Assembly (NCBI RefSeq): GCF_009914755.1
Contig: NC_060940.1
Reading direction: 5' to 3' (one strand)
Source: the human T2T-CHM13v2.0 reference genome, Homo sapiens
DNA: 64,000 nucleotides
Shown here: one piece after another, positions 55,977 through 64,000 of the stretch
Layout: each line of letters begins with the position of its first letter
Numbering within the stretch: the first letter of the stretch is position 1
Program-made: the position numbers and the translations under genes
The notes under the pieces: generated by a model
Database searches by the model: none
Told to the model about the DNA's origin: nothing
What the model saw: only the letters and a program-made list of their open reading frames with translations

Positions 55977-57926
55977 GAATGACTAGATCATAGAGTTTTC
56001 CTGTCTTCAGCTTTACTGAATCATACCAACCTGTTTTCTAAAATATTGCTCCAATTTATACCTCTACCCTTTCTATGTATACTCCAATCACCACAACTCT
56101 GAGGAGCAGGTTTCATTGACATTATTCTCCAGGTGATGGTGCTGAGTTGGGGTGGATAACATGCCCTTGGGTGGGGATCTGGTATCCCACGTACACCGTG
56201 ATGGTGGAAAATTTGAGATCAGATCCTGAGATGCAGTGCCTGGGTTCTTCCTTTTATATCAGGCTGCCCCCCAGTTTAAAGCTATTTGATGAGCTCTCTG
56301 AAGGCAAGAAGCCCAAGAGCAGAAGGCTGAGAACTCATGTTTGGAGAATGACACTTCATACTTATATTTATTTGAAGGTAGGGGCAAGAAAAGGAATCTT
56401 CAGGGACACAGACAAGGAGCTTCTGAAGACATTCTAAGAGACATTCCAGATTTTTCTGGTGCCCTGAAATAAAGATAGCTAAATCATACTGCATGCTAGA
56501 TTAGCAGATTTTAAGTGCTTTATGTGCATTATCTCCCTTAATCCTCACCTGTGAAGTAGGCATCATAATAGCCCCATCTTGCAGTGAGAAAATGGAGGCT
56601 CAGAGAAGTTAAGGAAGTTCCAAAGCCATAGAGCTGATAGGAGGCAGAGATGGGATTTTGATACAGGTCATATCAATAACTTCATTGTGTGCAGCACCAA
56701 AGTGGCATGGGAGGGATGGGTAGGGAGAGTCTGTCAAAAGTGGGAGATGATGACGGACTGATGGCAAAAGGCTGATGGCTTTGTCACTCACAGAGACAGC
56801 TTTGGGGACTCTGGATAGGTTACCCACAAGAGTGGCCAGAAATTCCATGAGGTGTTTAAAGAAGAATGAGGTGTCAGCCTACGAAGACAGGGACAGGGGA
56901 GAGGTAGGAGGAGGAATAGTAGCTCACGAAAACATGTTTTTCAGGACCTAGAAACCTCCAGAGTAATTGTCATGATAATCATTTCTTTAAGCACGGTGTG
57001 TGCCTTCCTGAAAAGAAAGGAGCAATTGAAACTCCGTTTGCATTTCCATAAGTATAATTGGATTTCACTGGCCTACATTTCCAAGTGAGCATCCCTCCTT
57101 CTCTGCAGTCCTGATATCCAGGAGTCACCCAAGCTAGCAAGGGCTCATCCCCACAGCTATGTGAACAACCAAGCACTTTGCAGGAGACAGCGTGGGAGAC
57201 CGCAAGCTTTTTGGAAAGTAATCTGGCAGTAGCTATTAAAATTCAAAATTAATGTGCCTTCGACCAGGCTGTACTTTGAGGACTCTTGCCTACAGAAATA
57301 AAGCCAAAGTAAAAACGAATAGGTGGTGAAAGTCGATTTACTGCAGCAGTGCCTGAAATGCTGAAACCTATAGGAACAACTGGAAGGTCATTGGATAGGG
57401 AAGTGATTGGCTAAAAGCTGTTCAATGGGAAATTCTGTTGCTCTGGTTTAATCCATAGACATTGACAAGAAGGGAGGTCTGTGATTTATTACTAAGCCAA
57501 AACAAATTCATGGAAAATATAAACACCATAGTATGATCCTTTTTGTTTTTGTTATTTCCTGGTAAAAAAAATTAAACCAAATTCTTCTATGTGTATGTAT
57601 GTTTGTATGAACAAGGAAGGAATGTAGAAGGGCACACAAAACTGTTAGTTACCTTAGAGGAGATTAATTTTAAAAATATGCACATCTCCTTATTATTCAC
57701 TTTATATAATGAGGAGGCAGAGCTGCTACATTTTAAAGTAAATAAATTATTTAATTTTATATGATAAGCAGGTATTGTCTTTATTTTAAAAATATATTTA
57801 TACTTAATTGCATGTAGTTTGTGTATTAAAATTTATGTGTGAATTATATTAAAATTACACTTCATATATTTTTAAAAACATAAATGAAAATTATATCCAT
57901 TAAGTAGATTAAATATTTAAAATCCT

Positions 57927-58343
<417 letters not shown>

Positions 58344-58707
58344 TAGACATTACATGATATATTATATATGTAATAGTCACCAAAAGATGAGTGTCTGTGG
58401 CAGCAGCATTTCTAAAGGCCCAGTTGAAAATAAGCGCAGTGCCCATCACAGTATAGTGGATAAATAATTCATGGCATTTTTATGCAACGGAATACTATGC
58501 TGAAAGGAGAATCAACACACAGTGCATGGATGAATGTCACAAATATACTGTTGAATAAAGAAGCTGATGCTAAACAATGAGTGCTATTCATACGATTCCA
58601 TTTATATAAATGTTCAAAACCAGCCAAGATGAATCTGTCCTATTAATCAGGAAAATGGTTACTGAGAAGTGGGCTGAAAGGAGAGATTTTAAGGCTGGTC
58701 CTGTTCT

Positions 58708-59223
58708 GTTTTGTTTTTTTTTTTCTTTTTTTCCCTTTTTCTTTTCTTAAAATTGGAGTGTAGCTCTGTTGCCCAGGCTAGAGTGCAGTGGTGCAGTCAT
58801 ATAATAGCTCACTGCATCCTCCAACTCGTGGGCTCGAGGGGTCCTCCCACTTCAGTCTCCCGAATAGCTGGGACTAGAGATAAGCACCATTGTGCCCAGC
58901 TAAATTTCTGTGTATATGTCTATGTCTATGTCTATGTCTATGTCTATGTCTATGTCTATGTGTGTGTATGTGTGTGTGTGTGTATATATATATACACATA
59001 TATATGTGTGTGTATATATATATACACATATATATGTGTGTGTATATATATATACACATTATATATGTGTACACACACACACACAGACACATATATATAT
59101 ATATTTTAGAGATGGGATCTCGCTATGTTGCCCAGGCTGATCTTGAACTCCTAGGCTCAAGCGATTCCCCTTCCTGGGCCTCCCAAAGTGCTGAGATTAC
59201 AGGTATGAGCCACGGTGCCCAGA
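58708..59223 (-). mobile_element. AluJ whose central linker is replaced by a ~190-bp compound microsatellite
   Basis: Alu arms flank 58911-59104. Confidence 0.88.
58911..59104. repeat. Compound repeat: (TATGTC)7, (TG)n, ~3 copies of a 30-bp TA/CA/TG unit, (CA)n, (TA)n
   Basis: Directly visible. Confidence 0.95.
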
Positions 59224-59363
59224 CTTGTTTTGTTCTTGATCTGTTTGCTAGTCACATGGGCTATCAGTTTGGAAAAATCCAATTACGTGTGCACTTTTCT
59301 GTATGTAGGTTTAGAAATGATAATAAATGCCATTATAAAGCACACATTTTAAAAGGCGTTTGC

Positions 59364-59671
59364 AGGCCAGGCGTGGTGGCTCACGCCTGAAATCTCAGCA
59401 CTTTGGGAGGCCGAGGCAGGTGGACCAATTGAGGTCAGGAGTTCAAGACCAGCCTGGCCAACATGGCAAAACCCCGTGTCTACTAAAAATATAAAAATTA
59501 GCCGGGCATGTTGGTGATGCCTGTAATCCCAGCTACTCGGGAGGCTGAGGCAAGAGAATCACTTCAACTCTGGAGGCAGAGGTTGCAGTGAGCTGAGATC
59601 ACACCACTGCACTTAAGCCTGAGAGACAGAGAAAGACTCTGTATCCCAAAAATAAAAAAATAAATAAATAA
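59364..59671 (+). mobile_element. AluSx-like ending ~104 nt upstream of exon 5
   Basis: Full-length Alu. Confidence 0.92.
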
Positions 59672-59774
59672 AGGTCATTTGCAAAGGGCCATCCTTCCCA
59701 ACAGAGACAAGCGCCTGGTCCCTGACTTCCTTGGCCTTCCCAGGATCTGACTCTTCCCTTTCCTTTCACCCCAG

Positions 59775-60136
59775 ATATCGCAGGCACCAGTGACAAGTGG
59801 GAAAAGCTGGAGAAGGACATTCTGGACCACCTCCCCGCTGAGGTACAGGAAGACTACGGCCAGGACTACATCTTAGCACAGCGGAATTTCCTCCTATTGA
59901 TCAACTCGTTAGCCAGCAAGGACTTCTCTCCGGTGCTGCGGGACATCCAGCATGCTATCTTGGCGAAGAGCCCTTTTGCCTATTACACGCCAGGGAAAGG
60001 CGCTTACTTGTGGATCTGCCTTGCTCACTATTTGCCTATTGGCATATATGATTACTTTGCTAAAAGACATTTTGGCCAAGACAAGCCCATGCCCAGAGCT
60101 CTAAGAATGCCTAACTACAAGAAAAAGGCCACCTAG
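59775..60136 (+). CDS. HSD17B2: HSD17B2 exon 5 coding part (362 nt) to stop TAG; ends YKKKAT (di-lysine ER-retrieval-type motif)
   Basis: Acceptor tcctttcaccccag|A; frame continues from exon 4 (NIAGTSDKWEK...); ORF 59897..60136. Confidence 0.98.
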
Positions 60137-60210
60137 GCAATGGAAGCCCTCAAAGAAGTCGGAATGTCATAGTCTTGAAATGAAAGGGAAACTGGGAAAC
60201 TGGGTTTCTC

Positions 60211-60216
60211 ATTAAA
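60211..60216 (+). terminator. HSD17B2: HSD17B2 poly(A) signal ATTAAA; cleavage expected ~60230-60245, giving a very short 3' UTR
   Basis: ATTAAA 75 nt after the stop, followed by GU/U-rich sequence (ctctgtattctctgtg). Confidence 0.8.
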
Positions 60217-61410
60217 GTTGTTTCCCACTCTGTATTCTCTGTGAAATTCATTGATTGAATAGTACTTTGTAGTGAGAAGGCTGGAGAATAGCAACAGCCT
60301 CATGGAGAATGTTAATTGAGTTCCTACTATGCACCAGATACATTACAGGTATTCTTTCATCTAGTTCTCATCAGAGAATTGACGTGGGTATCTTTGCCCC
60401 TACTTAATATAATCAGAGAGATTTCTTGTCACACTCTAGCAAAAGGCAGGGCCAGAATTCAAATCCTGAGTTGGACTCCACTGCCTGCCAAGAGAAGAGG
60501 AAGAGAAAGAGAGAGACAAGGAGAAAGAGAGAGGGAAGGAAAGGAGGAGGCAGAAATGGCAAGGGCAACAGTCCAATGGATCTTGCAAGTCTTCCTCACT
60601 GTGCATTGATATTCCGTGACTACTGCACCCAAGGTATTGGATTCATGGTAAATCATCAGGGCTTCGTTCTCTTCCTTCCTCTTTTTTTTCTCTACCAGGA
60701 GCACTGGAGACAATAGGATAAGGTGTCCTATCTCAAGCAGAACGCTGGAGACCTCTTGGCAGATCTAGGGAATGTGGCTGACTGGTTTAGTGCCCATAGT
60801 AACCAGCACTGTTACTATGTTACCCCCATCCGAGCATACTGGGATGGAAAAGCCAGTATCATTACCTGGAAGAGCTTAGTGGAAGGGAGCAATGTCAGAT
60901 AATTATAGAAGTATGGCCAAGGTCAGTTGGGTATGGCAAAAGGGGAGGAGCTGGTGAGCAGAGCGTACATAAAGGGAATCAGAATATCTTGCTCATTGCA
61001 AACCTCTCTGTTCCATTTCCTTTCTAAAACGTGGAGGCTCTTTTCCTATTTTCCTTGGCGATTTCATCAAAGTATATACTATGACAGTGCTCTGCAATTT
61101 TCTCCCAGAGAAAATAATAAATAACCATATAGCAAGATAAACATTTATAAAATACTAACACGATATATTTTTAATGGCTAGTCAAACTGACAGCCCAGTG
61201 GCTCTCCACCATTGCTTCAGAGCAGAATGGAAAGAAAAAAAAATCAGTCTAAGTGTTGATTTCCCTAGTAGGCACTTTCTGGGGATAAGTGTTGTTGAAG
61301 CCAACACTTCTATTTGCATGATTCCAGTGTTGTTGAGACAACAAGCGATTTACTTAGCTTATAGTCCAAAGTTTGGAAGAGCATTGAGGATGGTGTGCTT
61401 CCCTAAAAGC

Positions 61411-62455
61411 CAACAGTCCTCAAAGAGTGATCCCTGGACCTGAAGCATTAGCATCGCCTGAGACTCTATTAGAAACACAGATTCTCAGGAGCCACCCCAA
61501 TTCTGTATTACATACCTATGGCTGCTGTAACAAATTACCATGTATGTAGTAGTTTAAAGCAGCATAAAGGCATGACCTTTCAGTTCTGGAGGTCAGAATT
61601 CTGAAATGAGTCTTGCAATGCTAAAATCAAGTGGTCAGCAGACCTGTGTTCATTCTGGAGACTCCAGGGAAGACTCCATCTGTTGCCTTTTGCAGCATTC
61701 AAAGGCCTGCATTCCTTTGCTTATGGCAGCACCACTCCAATCTCCTCTTCCATTGTCACATCTTTTCTGATAGACTCTCCTGCCTCCCGCTCATAAGGCC
61801 CTCCTCATTACATTGGGCTTCCCCAGATAGTCCAGTGGAATCTCCCAATGTCAAGATCCTCAATTTAATCACAACTGCGAAGTCCTTTTTGCCACATAAG
61901 ATAACGGATTCACAGGCTTTGAGGATTCGTACACTATTATCATTGTTAAGGACTATATTAGTCCATTTGTTCACTGCTATAAAGAAATACCTGAGACCGG
62001 GTAACTTATAAAGAAAAGAGGTTTCATTGCCTCACAGTTCCACAGGCTGTACAGGAAGCATGGATAGGGAGGCCTCAGGAAACTTACAATTATGGCAGAA
62101 GGTGAAGGGGAAGCGGGCACATCTTCACATGGCCAGAGCAGGAGGAAGAGAGAGTGGCGGGGAGGTACTACACACTTTTAAACAACCACACCTCACAATA
62201 ACTCACTCACTATCACTAAAACAGCACCAAAGGGGACATCCATCCCCATAATCAAATCACCTTCCACTAGCCCCCACCTCCAACATTGGAGATTACAATT
62301 TGACATAAAATTTGGGTGGGGACATAGGCCCCAATCATATCGAAGACCATTGTCCTACTGACCACAGCTACTGAATCAGAAACAGGATTGGAGCCAGCAA
62401 CCTGTGTTGTAAGGAGATCTCCAGGTGAGGCACACCCACATTTGAGAACCACTCC
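61411..62455. mobile_element. Nested elements: MER5A > MLT1 LTR (61504-62366) > MSTA LTR (61954-62342)
   Basis: MER5A halves at 61411-61500 and 62367-62455; MSTA flanked by 5-bp TSD aggac/aagac. Confidence 0.78.
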
Positions 62456-62788
62456 TCCAAGCCATGGAGTGAGCAGGCTGTTGGGTATGTGCTCAGGCTA
62501 CAGAAGAAGCAGGGAAGACTCTTGTGAGAGACATCAAGAGAGCTGACATGAGAGCGTGGCATCTATTCTCTTGTGCAGCTTCCCAAGAGTTGAAAACTCT
62601 GTAAGCCATCAGGAGAAGATGCTGAATAGACACCCCCATGGGTCTGAGAACCCCAGATCAGAGAAGCTCATATTGGGTTCCCTGAAGAAGGGCTTCCACA
62701 TGATTTTTGGGGTTACCTGGGAGCAAAATAAACCACATGGTGGTCTATTTAACAAGAGAAAGATTGACAACCTCTCTTGCCACCCCCA

Positions 62789-63120
62789 TTGTCAGAGTCC
62801 ATTTGGGCTGCTGCAACAGAACACCATAGACAGGATAGCTTCTAAACAACAGAGATTTATTTCTCACCGTTCTCAGGGAGTCCAAGATCAAGACGCTGGC
62901 AGATTTGGTGTCTGGTAAGGGCCTGCTTCCTGATTCATAGACTTTCATCTTCTCCTTGTGTCCTCAGATGGTGGAACAGGTGAAGGACATCTCTGGGATC
63001 TCTTTGATAAGGGCACTAATCTCTTTCATGAAGGCAGTACCTCCCAAAGGGCCCACCTCTTAAGGGGATTAGGTTTTAACATATTAATTTTTTTGGGACA
63101 CAAACATACAGACCTTAGCC
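62789..63120 (-). mobile_element. MLT1A/MST-type MaLR LTR
   Basis: tgtcagagtccatttgggctgctgcaacagaacacc...cagagatttatttctcac. Confidence 0.75.
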
Positions 63121-64000
63121 CCCATCATGACTCATTTGGCTTTGGGTGGGAGTGAGGAGATCTGGGAAAAGTCAACTGGAGCTCCTTAGGAGAGTAGGGA
63201 ACAGAGCTTGGAAGAATCAAGGTGCCAGCATGTGGGTCGGGGAACACCATAGCAGAGGCCGCTGGGTGGGCAGCCTTGAACCTGGGCCAAAGTGAGGATG
63301 AGAAATCTCAACTGGAAGATGAGACAAATGCTGTTTCCCCAAATGCCAGGAGAATACACCAGCCCCGACAAATCTAGACCCTGAGGAAAAGAGCAAGGAG
63401 AAGAGAAGGCGGAGGGAAGAGAATCTTGAATTTAGCTTCAAATGTATCTGTTTTAAAGCAGAAGAGACAAGGATGCCTGAATGCATTAATAAAGGTTCAA
63501 ATATACTTCACTTTAGAGCAATACATACAATTTATCAGAAAACAAAAGAGACAAGTGTTACATACAAAATACCTTCATGCCTTGACCATGTCTACACAGT
63601 AATTGATATCCCTGATTTACTGTAAGAAACCAGTAAGAGCCAAGGGCAGAGTGAAGCCCTCCGTACATCAACAATGCATTGTATTCCTGGGGGAAAGCAT
63701 GATGAAACGGTGGTTCAACAACAGGACTCCTGGCTAAAAGAATTTCCCCTTCCCCAGTCCTGCTGTTCTGCTCAAGGGTAGGATGCAAGGTGCCTTTAAT
63801 ACCTGGCTATACAGCATCAAGGACAAAACCCATCTACCCTCTTTTTCTCTTCCCTTTCTCTGTTTTCCCAGTGCTGCCAGCAGGAAAATGGACCATCCTC
63901 ACAGCAGACCCAGGATAAGTTAGGAAAAGCATCCAGTGAAAATCTGATTTCTTTTATTACACAGGGAGGCGATAAAAGGCCTACAAATAAATTCTATTAT

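Noticed and set aside
58711-59390. Long low-complexity ORFs (MSMSMS, CLCLCL, HRHRHR)
   Set aside because: Translations of a microsatellite
59432-59445. DR2 AGGTCAggAGTTCA
   Set aside because: Generic Alu consensus motif present in very many copies genome-wide; not locus-specific evidence
63186-63430. Strong minus-strand acceptor at 63382-63381
   Set aside because: No clear donor at a typical exon distance; purine tract probably derives from an old repeat

Overview
Human (primate) genomic DNA holding the 3' part of HSD17B2 (17-beta-hydroxysteroid dehydrogenase type 2, SDR family) on the + strand. It contains most of intron 1, coding exons 2-5 (29880-30092, 32652-32837, 52610-52747, 59775-60136), a ~100-nt 3' UTR with an ATTAAA signal, and ~3.7 kb downstream. 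Exon 1 and the promoter lie upstream of the window. The rest is intronic and rich in interspersed repeats: about 19 Alus, several L1 fragments including a 4.7-kb L1MA-type copy, MaLR/ERV1 LTRs and hAT DNA transposons. No other protein-coding gene is supported. Most notable observations: five MER20 copies in one hormone-regulated gene; an antisense LTR that looks like a complete terminal exon (acceptor plus AATAAA) for an antisense lncRNA; an intronic poly(A) site coinciding with the stop codon of the exon-3 read-through frame; a motif cluster in intron 1 (CTCF-like, AP-1, CRE, steroid response element); a DR2 element in intron 3; a MER41 LTR with one intact GAS site; an Alu-derived 44-bp minisatellite; and two unexplained diverged local duplications. 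Repeat subfamily names come from recalled consensus sequences and boundaries are approximate.
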